NCBI GenBank assembly: GCA_036377655.1
Contig: DASUXZ010000067.1
Location: 1 to 34,426 of the forward strand
Direction of reading: 5' to 3'
DNA: 34,426 nt
From: Gemmatimonadales bacterium
GTDB lineage: Bacteria > Gemmatimonadota > Gemmatimonadetes > Gemmatimonadales > GWC2-71-9
The position numbers and the translations under genes were made by a program. Positions 8,590 to 19,469 of this stretch are shown in pieces. Under the pieces are notes generated by a model, which was not told the origin of the DNA, searched no databases, and was given only the letters and a program-made list of their open reading frames with translations. Position 1 is the first letter of the stretch; each line of letters begins with the position of its first letter.

Positions 8590-9884
8590 TCAGGCGAGCG
8601 AGCCCAGGCGCTCGAGCACCAGCCGGTCGAGCTCCTCGCGCACCGGCGCGATCCTGAGCTCGTCCACCACTTCCGCCGCGAAGGCGTAGGTGAGGAGGCG
8701 CCGCGCCTCGGAGGCGGGAATCCCGCGGCTCCGTGCGTAGAAGATCGCCACGTCGTCGAGCTGGCCCACGGTGGCGCCGTGGGTGCACTTGACGTCGTCC
8801 GCGAAGATCTCGAGCTGCGGCTTCGTGTCCACCCGCGCGCTGTCCGAGAGGATCAGGTTGCGGTTGGTCTGCTTCGCGTCGGTCTTCTGCGCTTCCGGCT
8901 TGACGAAGACCTTGCCGTTGAACACCGCGCGCGAGCGCCCGTCGAGCACGCCCTTGTAGACCTCCCAGCTGTTGCAGTTGGGGTGGTCGTGGTAGATCGC
9001 GGTGTGGTTGTCGACGAGCTGCTCGCCGCGCGTGAGGTAGAGCCCGTACATCAGCGTCTCGATGTTGGGCGCATTGAGGCGGACGTGCAGGTTGTGCCGC
9101 GCGATGGCACCGCCCATCGCGAGCGTGAACGAGCGGTAGTGGCTGTCCCGCTCCTGCTCGACGTGGGTGAGCCCCACGTGGTATGCCGCTTCGCTCTCGC
9201 GCTGGAGGCGGGTGTGCTCGGTCCAGGCGTTCTCGCCCGACACGACCTCGGTGACGGCGTTGGTGAAGTACGTCGATCCCGGCGCGAGCGTCACGTAGCT
9301 CTCGACGATCGAGGCCCGCGCCTCGCGCTCCACGATGAAGAGGTTGCGCGGGTGCGCCACGCCGCCCTGCGCCGCGTCGGTGCTCACGAAGAGCGCGTGC
9401 ACCGGGAGGTCGAGGCTCACCTTCGCCGGGACGTGCACGAACGCGCCGTCCTTGAGGAAGGCGGTATTGAGCGCGGTGAACGGGCTCTCGTCCACCGGCG
9501 CATGGCGCGCCAGGTGCCGCTCGAGCGACGGGTCCGCCTCGATCGCCTCGGCGAGGCTCCCGGCCCGGACGCCGAGCGACGCGTCGGGAAGGCGCGAGAG
9601 TCCCGGCGCGAACCGGCCGTTGACGAAGACGAGCAGCGGCCACTCCTCGTGCCCGAACACGAACGGCACGAGGTCCGCGGCGGAGACGTCCGCCGGGGGC
9701 GCCGGGCGGAACTCCGCCTGCGCGATCGGGCCCACGGGCGTGAAGCGCCACTCCTCGTCCCGCGAGGTCGGAAAGCCGACCGCGGCGAAGCGGTCCATGC
9801 CGGCGCGCCGGCGCGCGGCGAGCCACTCGGGACTGCCGCCGCCGTTGGCGCTGAAGGCCTCGAACTGGTGCTGGTACGTCTCCG

Positions 9885-9888
<4 letters not shown>
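8590..9888 (-). CDS. sufD: Fe-S cluster assembly protein SufD
   Basis: 432 aa if the GTG at 9888 is used (VTETYQHQFEAF...). This start overlaps the sufC stop as GTGA. The C-terminal region, with IFADDVKCTHGATVGQLD and FYARSRGI, is typical of SufD. The start codon choice is inferred. Confidence 0.85.
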
Positions 9889-10640
<752 letters not shown>

Positions 10641-10666
10641 GTGGTCTCCAGTTGAACCATGTAGAA

Positions 10667-10748
10667 GGTGAGAGGTGAGAGGTCAGAGGTGAGAGGGAGC
10701 CAGCATGACTTGCGGACCCCTCTCCCCGCTCACCTCTCACTTCTCACC
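10667..10748. repeat. Heptamer-array palindromic repeat element, copy 2 (long imperfect hairpin in the sufB-sufC spacer)
   Basis: The left arm (10667-10698) is ggtgaga ggtgaga ggtcaga ggtgaga ggga. The right arm (10717-10748) is its imperfect reverse complement. By hand alignment 27 of 32 positions pair, around an 18-nt loop. Both arms are tandem heptamers of the same GGTGAGA/TCTCACC family as copy 1. Confidence 0.8.
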
Positions 10749-10754
10749 GGTTAC

Positions 10755-12184
<1,430 letters not shown>

Positions 12185-12188
<4 letters not shown>

Positions 12189-12898
12189 GCCATCTCCGTT
12201 GAACCGGCATCCGTGGAGCCGGCGTGTGGCTGCCGCGGGAAGCGGACCGCGTACTCGCACGCGCCATCGCCGCCCAGGAGGTGGAGCTTCCGCTCCACCC
12301 GCCCGCCCAGGACGCGCTCGAGGAACCGCGCTTCCGCGTCGCAGATCTCGGGAAAGCGCTCCGAGACCGCGCGAATGGCGCAATGGTGCTCGGTGAGCGT
12401 CCCGCAGCAGAAGGTGGCGTACCCCTCCGCCATGTAGCCCTCGTCCGCCCGGGCGCGGGTCACGATCTGCATCCGCTCCGCCGGACTCGCCATCGCGAGC
12501 TCCGGCTCGAGCCGTGCGGCGAGCGCGTCGTAGCGCGCAACGAGGAACGCGACGGCGGCCTCCCGCCCTTCGACGGCGACGAGGTGATCGAGCAGCTCCG
12601 TCAGCGTTTCCTTATAGCGCTCCGGAAACAGCGCTTCGCCGGCGCGGGTGAGGGCGTAGGCGTGCCGGGGGGCGCCGACCGATCCGCTCTGCTCCCGGCT
12701 GAATCCGATGATGCCCGCCGCCTCGAGCTCCTTCAGGTGATGCCGGACGGCGTTGAGCGAGAGACCGAGGCGGTCGGCGAGCTCGCGCACCGTGGCACGG
12801 CCCGAGCGCTTGAGCTCGATGAGCACCTGCGCCCTTGCCCCGCGGTATCCGGGGGGAAGGTTGGGCTCCGTGTCACGCTGCCGCATTGGACTCGCCAT
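12185..12898 (-). CDS. sufR: SufR-like ArsR-family transcriptional regulator with C-terminal Cys cluster
   Basis: 237 aa with an N-terminal winged HTH ([26 protein letters not shown]) and C-terminal cysteines (FCCG, HHC, EIC, GAC) that could ligate an Fe-S cluster. It is the first gene of the suf operon. Confidence 0.75.
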
Positions 12899-13093
12899 GG
12901 GCGAATCCTAAGCGTTCCGGTCGGGATTGTCAAAGGAACTTGGTGCGAATTGCTAAGGCGTGAAGGGAATTCCGGTTGAGGACCCCGAGTCGGCAGCGCG
13001 ACCAGCCCGACCGTAGCGAAGTTGTAGTTACTACTACATGTCGTTCACTGTCAATCTCTTGTCTACCGCGTCGCCAATGCCAAGATTAGCGGC
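12899..13093. promoter_or_regulatory. Divergent sufR / def control region (candidate promoters and operators)
   Basis: 195-nt spacer, noticeably AT-richer than its surroundings, between divergent starts. It contains a direct repeat GCGAAT..CTAAG.CG at 12901-12914 and 12945-12960, the palindrome GGAATTCC at 12966-12973, and the inverted repeat TGTAGT-N4-ACTACA at 13023-13038. No promoter consensus could be assigned with confidence. Confidence 0.35.
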
Positions 13094-13666
13094 ATGACGA
13101 TACACCGCATCCGACTGCTCGGCGACCCGATCCTCCGCACCAATTGCGAGCCGATCTCGAAGACCGGCTCCACCGCCGTCCGGGTGATCCTCGACGATAT
13201 GCGCGAGACCCTGAACGACTGGCAGTCCCGATTCGGCAGCGGGCGCGGGATCGCGGCCCCCCAGATCGGCGCGCCGGTCCGCATGATCTACATCGAGATG
13301 GACAAGCCCTGGGTCCTCATCAATCCCGAGATCATCGACATCGGGACCGAGGACTTCAGCGTGTGGGACGACTGCTTCTCGTTCCCGAACCTCCTCGTCC
13401 GCGTGTCGCGCTCGTATCGCATCCGGGTGCGCTACCAGGACCTCAAGGGCGACTGGCACGAGGACGACCTCGAGGGAGACCGCGCCGAGCTGGTCCAGCA
13501 CGAGCTCGACCACCTCGACGGCGTGCTCGCCGTGGACCGCCCGCACGGCCTCGATCCGTTCTGCCTCCGGGAGGAATGGCATCGGCTTCACGGCGAGCGC
13601 GGCCGGTACGGCCCACCCGAATTCCGGACGGCAGCGTATTCCTCGCCGCTGACGGGTCTTCTCTAG
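13094..13666 (+). CDS. def: Peptide deformylase
   Basis: 190 aa with motif 1 GIAAPQIG and motif 3 QHELDHLDG. Motif 2 is divergent (DDCFSFP instead of EGCLS) but keeps the metal-ligand Cys. Confidence 0.9.
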   Translation: MTIHRIRLLGDPILRTNCEPISKTGSTAVRVILDDMRETLNDWQSRFGSGRGIAAPQIGAPVRMIYIEMDKPWVLINPEIIDIGTEDFSVWDDCFSFPNLLVRVSRSYRIRVRYQDLKGDWHEDDLEGDRAELVQHELDHLDGVLAVDRPHGLDPFCLREEWHRLHGERGRYGPPEFRTAAYSSPLTGLL

Positions 13667-13710
13667 GACGGGCCTTCTCCAGCCGCTGACGGACCTTCTC
13701 CAGCCGGTCA
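13645..13710. repeat. Degenerate short tandem repeats in the def / patatin-Omp85 convergent spacer
   Basis: The 19-mer GCCGCTGACGG(GT/AC)CTTCTC occurs at 13645-13663 and 13682-13700 (17/19 identical). The core GACGGNNCTTCTC occurs three times, at 13651, 13667 and 13688. An overlapping hairpin pairs CTGAC..GG with CC.GTCAG around 13685-13710. Confidence 0.5.
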
Positions 13711-15786
13711 GAACCAGCGTCCCAGCCGGACGAAGGCGGCGTGCCGCCCGCCGTCCGCAACGCCGTACTCGAAGCGGACCGGGCCCACCGGCGTGTCCGC
13801 ACCGATGCCGGCGCGCACGCCGCGCCGCCACTCCCCCTCGAACAGGCCTCCTCCGACACCGACCCGGCCGAGCGCCCCTTCCGCCTGGACGCTGAGCGGG
13901 CCGAGCACCGGGCGCGCGAGCTGGAGGGAGAGGAAGGCCTCGCGGTCCCCCCGCAGCTCGCCGATGTGAAGACCCGGAAAGCCGTCGTAGCCGCCGAGCG
14001 GGAATGTCAGGTGCACGGGAAGGGTGCGTCCGGCGCCGACCCGCAGGTGCGGCCGGATCCGTGTGCCGGCCGCGGTGAACGTGCGGGCCGCGTCGAGCTC
14101 CACGCGCCGGAACTCGCGGCTGGCGCTCGCGGTCACGCCCACGACCGGCTCCACCGAACGGCCGCTCATGGTGAGCCGCGCGGCGATGCCGACCGCCTCC
14201 CGGTTCGATTCGTCGGGCGTGCGCCACCACCGCGCCTCGGCGCCCGCCGCCAGCGTCCATGCCGACCCGATCGGCCATCCGATCCCGGCGAGCACGGCCG
14301 CCTCGCGCGTATCGAGAGGAAGCAGCGACTCGCCGTCCGCGTCGAAGGTGCGGATGTCGATCGCGGCAGCACGCGCCTCGAGGAAGGGAACGAACGGAAT
14401 GCTCGCGAGGAAGTGGCGGCGGCGCAGGCCCCCGCGGAGCTCCTTTTCGAGATTGCCGAGCAGCAGCGCCCCGTGCGCCTCGACCTCGGCGCCGGCCAGG
14501 TCGCGCTCGACGCCGCCGAGCCACATCCGTCCGCCGAGCTCGTTGTCGTAGGCGAGCCCGAGGGCAGCGACGCGACGGGGGGCGCGCTCGGCCTCGATCG
14601 CGAACGAGACCGTGTCCCCGCGCCCGCCGGGATTGAGCCAGACACCGAGATACCGCTCCGACCTCGCCATCTCCCGCACCCGGTCCCGGAACTCGGCGGG
14701 AGCGATCGAGTCGCCTTCGGCGAGGCCGAGCAGGCGCCTGAGGGCGCGCCGCTCCCGCGAGGGAAGCCCGCGCGCGGCGACAGACTCCACGTGCAGCCAC
14801 GCCGGCACCACCGGTCGCGGCCGGGGCGGCACGCGGCACGTCGGCTCCCCGAGGACCGAGTCCGCGGCGGCGCGGCCGCGTCGCACGAGCTCCCGCGCCC
14901 TGGCCGGCTCGAAGTCGAGGCTCTGGAACCCCGAGACGTCCGGGCGGATATAGACGTCGCCCGGACGGAGCGGAACGCGCGGCTGCTCGAAGAGGAACCC
15001 GAGCAGCCGGTCGGCGACGACGAACGGCGAATAGAGGTTGAGCGAGTCCGCGTATCCCTCCGTCGCGTCCGAGACGATGACCCGCTCGGCGCCGGCGGCG
15101 CGGGCCTGGGCCACCGGAATGTTCGCGGCGAGCCCTCCATCGGCGAGGAAGCGCCCGTCGATCTGCTCGGGCACGAAGACGAGCGGAATCGCGATGCTCG
15201 CCCGCACCGCCCGCGCGAGGTCGCCGGTCCGGATGACGACCGCGCTCCGGTCGGCGAGGTCCGCGGCGACGACGCGGAGCGGGATCGGCAGCCGGTCGAA
15301 GTCGCCGCGCGCGAGCAGGTTGCCGCGGAGCATCGCCGCGCTGAGGAGGGCGTTCGCGTCGGGCTCCCGCACGGCGGCGCCCTGGATCGTGAACCCGCGC
15401 TCGCCGAACTCCCAGACGAGCAGCGGCTGGAGCGGCGCGAGCGAGGCGGGGGCGCGAGGCTCGAAGGTCCGGAAGAGCGAAGCGACCGGCATCCGCGCCG
15501 CGAGCGAGTCGATCTCCCGGCCGCTGTACCCGCTCGCGTACATCGCGCCGATGACGGAGCCGATGCTCGTGCCGACGACGAGGTCCGGCCGGATGCCGAG
15601 GCTGTCGAGGGCGCGGAGCACGCCGACGTGCGCGAGCCCCTTCGCGCCCCCGCCGGAGAGCACGAGCGCCGTGCGCGGCAGCCGGCACTCCTGCGCGGCC
15701 ACGGGCGTGCCGGCGAAAAGCGCGACGGCGAGAACGCAGAGTGCGCGAGCGCGCGGCCCCTTGCGCTCGCGTATCGCTTTCGTCAA
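13708..15786 (-). CDS. Patatin-like phospholipase fused to an Omp85-type beta-barrel (PlpD-like, type Vd autotransporter architecture)
   Basis: The patatin motifs are GGGAKG, GTSIG (GxSxG) and the catalytic Asp in [10 protein letters not shown]. The C-terminal half has alternating beta-strand character and ends in RLGRWF. A TTG start at 15786 is proposed because it yields a signal peptide ([31 protein letters not shown]). The upstream 52 codons of the track ORF would run through the fdxA ribosome-binding site and into its start codon (track ORF ends 15942; fdxA ATG 15835). Confidence 0.8.
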   Translation of the reverse strand: MTKAIRERKGPRARALCVLAVALFAGTPVAAQECRLPRTALVLSGGGAKGLAHVGVLRALDSLGIRPDLVVGTSIGSVIGAMYASGYSGREIDSLAARMPVASLFRTFEPRAPASLAPLQPLLVWEFGERGFTIQGAAVREPDANALLSAAMLRGNLLARGDFDRLPIPLRVVAADLADRSAVVIRTGDLARAVRASIAIPLVFVPEQIDGRFLADGGLAANIPVAQARAAGAERVIVSDATEGYADSLNLYSPFVVADRLLGFLFEQPRVPLRPGDVYIRPDVSGFQSLDFEPARARELVRRGRAAADSVLGEPTCRVPPRPRPVVPAWLHVESVAARGLPSRERRALRRLLGLAEGDSIAPAEFRDRVREMARSERYLGVWLNPGGRGDTVSFAIEAERAPRRVAALGLAYDNELGGRMWLGGVERDLAGAEVEAHGALLLGNLEKELRGGLRRRHFLASIPFVPFLEARAAAIDIRTFDADGESLLPLDTREAAVLAGIGWPIGSAWTLAAGAEARWWRTPDESNREAVGIAARLTMSGRSVEPVVGVTASASREFRRVELDAARTFTAAGTRIRPHLRVGAGRTLPVHLTFPLGGYDGFPGLHIGELRGDREAFLSLQLARPVLGPLSVQAEGALGRVGVGGGLFEGEWRRGVRAGIGADTPVGPVRFEYGVADGGRHAAFVRLGRWF

Positions 15787-15834
15787 TATCGGCGAACTGA
15801 AGGGAGCCCCCTCACGCCTGGAGGAAGTGCTGCA

Positions 15835-16098
15835 ATGCCGTACGTGATCACCGAGGCCTGTATCGGAGTCAAGGACCGGGCCTGCGTGGATGTCTGTCCG
15901 GTGGACTGCATCTACGAGGGGGAGGACCAGCTCTACATCCACCCCGACGAGTGCATCGATTGCGGCGCCTGCGAGCCCGAGTGCCCCGTCTCCGCCATCT
16001 TCCCGGAAGAAGACGTCCCGCCCAACCTGACGAGCTACATCGAAAAGAACCGGGAAGTCTTCAACAGCGACGACCCGCCCGGCCGGCCCCGCCGCTAG
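15835..16098 (+). CDS. fdxA: 7Fe ferredoxin (FdxA-type, 3Fe-4S plus 4Fe-4S)
   Basis: 87 aa starting [26 protein letters not shown], with a second cluster motif [19 protein letters not shown] lies 9 nt upstream of the ATG. The rest of track ORF 13741..16098 is antisense to the patatin gene. Confidence 0.9.
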   Translation: MPYVITEACIGVKDRACVDVCPVDCIYEGEDQLYIHPDECIDCGACEPECPVSAIFPEEDVPPNLTSYIEKNREVFNSDDPPGRPRR

Positions 16099-16099
16099 C

Positions 16100-17326
16100 T
16101 CACCCAGCTCGCGGAGGCGGCGGGACGAGCGCCTCCGCGAGGAACTCCCGGATCACCTCGGTCGTTTCCTCGGGCCGCTCGACGGGCGGAAGGTGCCCCG
16201 CGCCCGCGATGCGCCGGAACCTGGCCCCCGGAATTTCCTCCGCCATCTCGCGTGACGCATCGGCCGGGATGATCCGGTCGGCCTCGCCGGTGACGACGAG
16301 CACCGGGAGGTCGCCGAGCGTCGGGAGGAGCGACGTGCTGTCGGGGCGCTCGCGCATCGCGGTGAGCGCTCCGATGATGCCGGGAACCGGCGCGGACCTG
16401 ATCATTCCCTCGACGGCCGGCCACGCGCGGCCCCCCTCCTCGCGGCGCTCCGATCGGAACAGCTTCGGCAGCATCGCATCGGCCACGGCGGCGGTGCCGC
16501 CGTCGCGCGCCGCCGCGATCGCCGCGTCGCGCCCCTTCCGACCCTCGGCACTCTCGGCCGGGGCACGTGTGTCCATGAGCACGAGCCCGCTCACCCGCTC
16601 CCGCCAGCGCCGGATGCACTCGAATGCGATGTAGCCGCCCATCGAGATCCCGCAGAGCACTGCCCGCTCGACGCCGAGCGCGTCGAGCAGCGCGGCGAGG
16701 TCGTCGGCGTAGGTGCCCATGCTGTAGCCGAGATCCGGCGCCTCCGACTGCCCCATGCCGCGAAGGTCGGGTGCGATCCGGCGATACCCCTCCAGGTGCT
16801 CGAGCTGGTGGCGCCAGAGCGTCCGGTCGAGCGGATAGCCGTGGATGAAGAGCACCGCCGGGCCGCTTCCCACCGACTCCACCGCGAGCGAGACGCCGTT
16901 CACGCTGATGCGCCGCTCGCCCCCCTCCCCGTCACCGCGCATGAACCGCACGATCTCCGGCGGTGCCGGCACCGGCCGGCCGCTCCGGTCGATGCACACG
17001 AAGACGAACTGCGCCGTGGCGATGAGCGTCCCGTCGGCCACGCGGTGCGCGGTCTGCTGCAGGGCGAAGCTCGTGCGCCCCTCGTGCGTGAGCGCATGCC
17101 GGAAGCGCAGCACGTCTCCGGGAAAGGCGCCCGCGTGGTAATCCACCGTGGCCCTCCGCACGGCCGGCCACACGCCCGCCGCGTCGAAGGCGTTCATGCC
17201 GGGTCCGCGCGCCAGCAGCTCCCAGCGCGCGCGCTCGAAGAGCGTGAGGAACGACGCCTGGTTGAGGTGCCCGAACGCGTCGCAGGCGTCGGGATAGACC
17301 GGCAGCTCGATCTCGGGGGTGAACAT
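16100..17326 (-). CDS. Fusion protein: hotdog-fold acyl-CoA thioesterase (4HBT/YbgC-like) plus alpha/beta hydrolase
   Basis: 408 aa. The N-terminal ~135 aa resemble YbgC-type thioesterases ([23 protein letters not shown]). The remainder has the HGYPLD oxyanion region, the GISMGG nucleophile elbow and a distal GAGHLPPVE histidine region. Confidence 0.85.
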   Translation of the reverse strand: MFTPEIELPVYPDACDAFGHLNQASFLTLFERARWELLARGPGMNAFDAAGVWPAVRRATVDYHAGAFPGDVLRFRHALTHEGRTSFALQQTAHRVADGTLIATAQFVFVCIDRSGRPVPAPPEIVRFMRGDGEGGERRISVNGVSLAVESVGSGPAVLFIHGYPLDRTLWRHQLEHLEGYRRIAPDLRGMGQSEAPDLGYSMGTYADDLAALLDALGVERAVLCGISMGGYIAFECIRRWRERVSGLVLMDTRAPAESAEGRKGRDAAIAAARDGGTAAVADAMLPKLFRSERREEGGRAWPAVEGMIRSAPVPGIIGALTAMRERPDSTSLLPTLGDLPVLVVTGEADRIIPADASREMAEEIPGARFRRIAGAGHLPPVERPEETTEVIREFLAEALVPPPPRAG

Positions 17327-17434
17327 GCGCGGATTCTACGGGAGCCGGAACGAATGCGCGAGGGGACCGGCGGCGCCGGTGTATTCTTCGGTGAAGCGAA
17401 CGCGACCGCCAGCACCCTTCACCCGGCGACCGAC

Positions 17435-17605
17435 ATGCCTCCGAGCACCGATTACGTCCGCCACGCCGCGCGGCTCGCGCGGAAGATCCACCTCGATTCC
17501 GCGATGGGCGGCACGCCGGCGCCCGACACCGAATTCTTCAAGACCCTCGCCAAGGCGCTCGAGGAGATCGCCGCCGGGATGGAGCAGATCGGGAAGCGGG
17601 AATGA
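17435..17605 (+). CDS. Hypothetical small protein (56 aa) translationally coupled to rnd
   Basis: From the ATG at 17435. Its stop overlaps the rnd ATG (ATGA at 17602-17605). Composition is protein-like (K, E, F, Y, I present). No family recognised. Confidence 0.4.
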   Translation: MPPSTDYVRHAARLARKIHLDSAMGGTPAPDTEFFKTLAKALEEIAAGMEQIGKRE

Positions 17606-18729
17606 CCCGCCTGATCGCGTCCCAGGCGGAGCTCGACCGCTGGATGGCGGGGATCGCGCACGCGCCGCTCCTCGCGGTGGACACCGAGGCGGCGAGCTTC
17701 CACCGCTATCGCGACCGGGTGTACCTCCTCCAGCTCTCGACGCGCGAGGACACCGTCGTGGTGGACCCGCTCGCCACCGAGGACCTGGGCGACGTGGGCG
17801 CGATGCTCGCCGACCGCTCGGTGGAGATCGTCTTCCACGACGCCGACTACGACCTCCGGCTCCTCGGACGCGAGTTCGGGTTCGCGGCGACGAACCTCTT
17901 CGACACCCGCATCGCGGCGCAGCTCCTCAACGAGCCCGGCATCGGGCTGGCCGCGCTCCTCGAGAAGTACCTCGGCGTGAAGCTCGACAAGCGGTTCCAG
18001 CGCGCCGACTGGTCCGCGCGCCCGCTGTCCGAGGGCATGCTCGACTACGCCGCGTCGGATACGCGGCACCTTCCCGAGCTGCGGGACCTCCTCGAGCGGC
18101 GCCTCGAGGAGGCGGGCCGGCTCGAATGGGCACGGGAGGAGTTCCAGCGGCTCGAGGAGATCGAGTTCGGCGGCCCGCCGCCGGACGAGCCGGGGTGGCT
18201 CCGCATGAAGGGCGCCAAGGCGCTCAAGCCGCGGCAGCTCGCCATCCTCCGCGAAGTCTGGGAGTGGCGCGACGCGCTCGCGGAGCGGCTCGACCGTGCC
18301 CCGTTCCGGATCATGAACAACGAGCCGATCTTCACGATCGCGCGGACGCCCCCCGAGAACCGCGAGGAGCTCGCGAAGGTGCCGGGCATCGGGCGGGACA
18401 TCGCGGCGAAGCGGGGGGACGAGATCCTGGCGGCGGTGGAGCGGGGGCGGCGCCTCGCGGACGATCAGCTTCCGCGACTCGAGCGCCCGCCGCGGCATGC
18501 GCGCGACCCGGAGCTCGACGCGCGGGTCGAGCGGCTCAAGGCCGCGCGCAACGTCGCGGCGGAGCGCATCGGCCTGCCGCCCGGCGTGGTGTGCCCGAAC
18601 GGCACCCTCGAAGCGATCGCGCGCCTCGCACCGCGCACCCGCGAGGAGCTCGCCGAGATCCCCGGCCTCCGGCGGTGGCAGCTCGGCGCGCTCGGCGATG
18701 CCTTGCTGGCCGCGCTCAGAACCCCATGA
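17602..18729 (+). CDS. rnd: Ribonuclease D
   Basis: 375 aa with DEDD exonuclease motifs (VDTEAASF, HDADYDLRLL, YAASDTRHL) followed by an HRDC-like C-terminal region. Confidence 0.9.
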   Translation: MTRLIASQAELDRWMAGIAHAPLLAVDTEAASFHRYRDRVYLLQLSTREDTVVVDPLATEDLGDVGAMLADRSVEIVFHDADYDLRLLGREFGFAATNLFDTRIAAQLLNEPGIGLAALLEKYLGVKLDKRFQRADWSARPLSEGMLDYAASDTRHLPELRDLLERRLEEAGRLEWAREEFQRLEEIEFGGPPPDEPGWLRMKGAKALKPRQLAILREVWEWRDALAERLDRAPFRIMNNEPIFTIARTPPENREELAKVPGIGRDIAAKRGDEILAAVERGRRLADDQLPRLERPPRHARDPELDARVERLKAARNVAAERIGLPPGVVCPNGTLEAIARLAPRTREELAEIPGLRRWQLGALGDALLAALRTP

Positions 18730-19015
18730 ACGCCTTGACGCGCGGATCCATCCGCTCGGGCGTCCAGTAGGGCTCCCACACGAGCTCGACGTCCACCGAG
18801 CTCACGCCTTCCAGGCTCGAGGCCACGTTCTTCACGTCCGCCATGATCTCCGCGCCGGCGGGGCAGCCGGGCGACGTGAGCGTCATCTTCACGTGGACGT
18901 CGCCCATGTCGTTCACGTCGATGTCGTAGACGAGCCCGATGTCGATGATATTCAGGTTGAGCTCAGGGTCCTTCACCTGGCGGAGCGCCTTCCTGACGGT
19001 TTCCGGAGTCTGCAT
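18716..19015 (-). CDS. DUF59 / SufT-like Fe-S assembly protein
   Basis: 99 aa from the ATG at 19015, with GGAGG upstream. It has VKDPELNLNIIDIGLVY and TLTSPGCP motifs typical of the DUF59 (MIP18/SufT) family. It overlaps the rnd 3' end by 14 nt in convergent orientation. Confidence 0.85.
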   Translation of the reverse strand: MQTPETVRKALRQVKDPELNLNIIDIGLVYDIDVNDMGDVHVKMTLTSPGCPAGAEIMADVKNVASSLEGVSSVDVELVWEPYWTPERMDPRVKAFMGF

Positions 19016-19094
19016 TCGAATCCCTCCTCTCGACCCGGAAAATACCCCCATGGCGGGGAGACCGCAGCGCAGGCCCGAGCCGTCGCCGGACCGG

Positions 19095-19469
19095 TCAGCG
19101 AACCCCGCAGGCGCCGTCGCCGCAGCCGAGCCGGTGCCGGCGGCGCGCCACCCAGTCATAGGCCCGGTCGGCGACGAGCGGCACACCGGGAATGTGGAAG
19201 AGGATGCGCGGAAGCCTGCCGCCGGGGAGCAGCCGGAGGAGCTCCCGAATCGCCTGTCCGCCAGCCAGGACACGTCCGTCGGGAAGGACGAGGTGCATGG
19301 CGGCGTCGAGCTGCTCATCGGCGAGCGGAGGGAGTCCCTGGACCGACGAGCGGCCGGCTGCGGGAACGAGGTCGATCCGGTCGTGGCGGTCCCAGCGGCG
19401 GATCCGGCCGACCCACGCACGGCAGAACGCACAGGTGCCGTCGTAGATGAGGACCGGCCGGCTCAGCAC
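19095..19469 (-). CDS. DCC-family thiol-disulfide oxidoreductase (DUF393)
   Basis: It has the IYDGTCAFC motif (DxxCxxC) near the N-terminus. The GTG start at 19469 is preferred because it overlaps the upstream gene by only 7 nt. An alternative ATG at 19523 would overlap by 61 nt. Confidence 0.7.
   Translation of the reverse strand: MLSRPVLIYDGTCAFCRAWVGRIRRWDRHDRIDLVPAAGRSSVQGLPPLADEQLDAAMHLVLPDGRVLAGGQAIRELLRLLPGGRLPRILFHIPGVPLVADRAYDWVARRRHRLGCGDGACGVR

Noticed and set aside
13034-15688. 884-aa minus-strand ORF, and the 785-aa plus-strand ORF 13741..16098, over the patatin-Omp85 locus
   Set aside because: The 884-aa frame is an R/A/P-rich alternate frame of the patatin gene that would also run through def. 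Only the last 264 nt of the 785-aa ORF (the fdxA ferredoxin) are credible.
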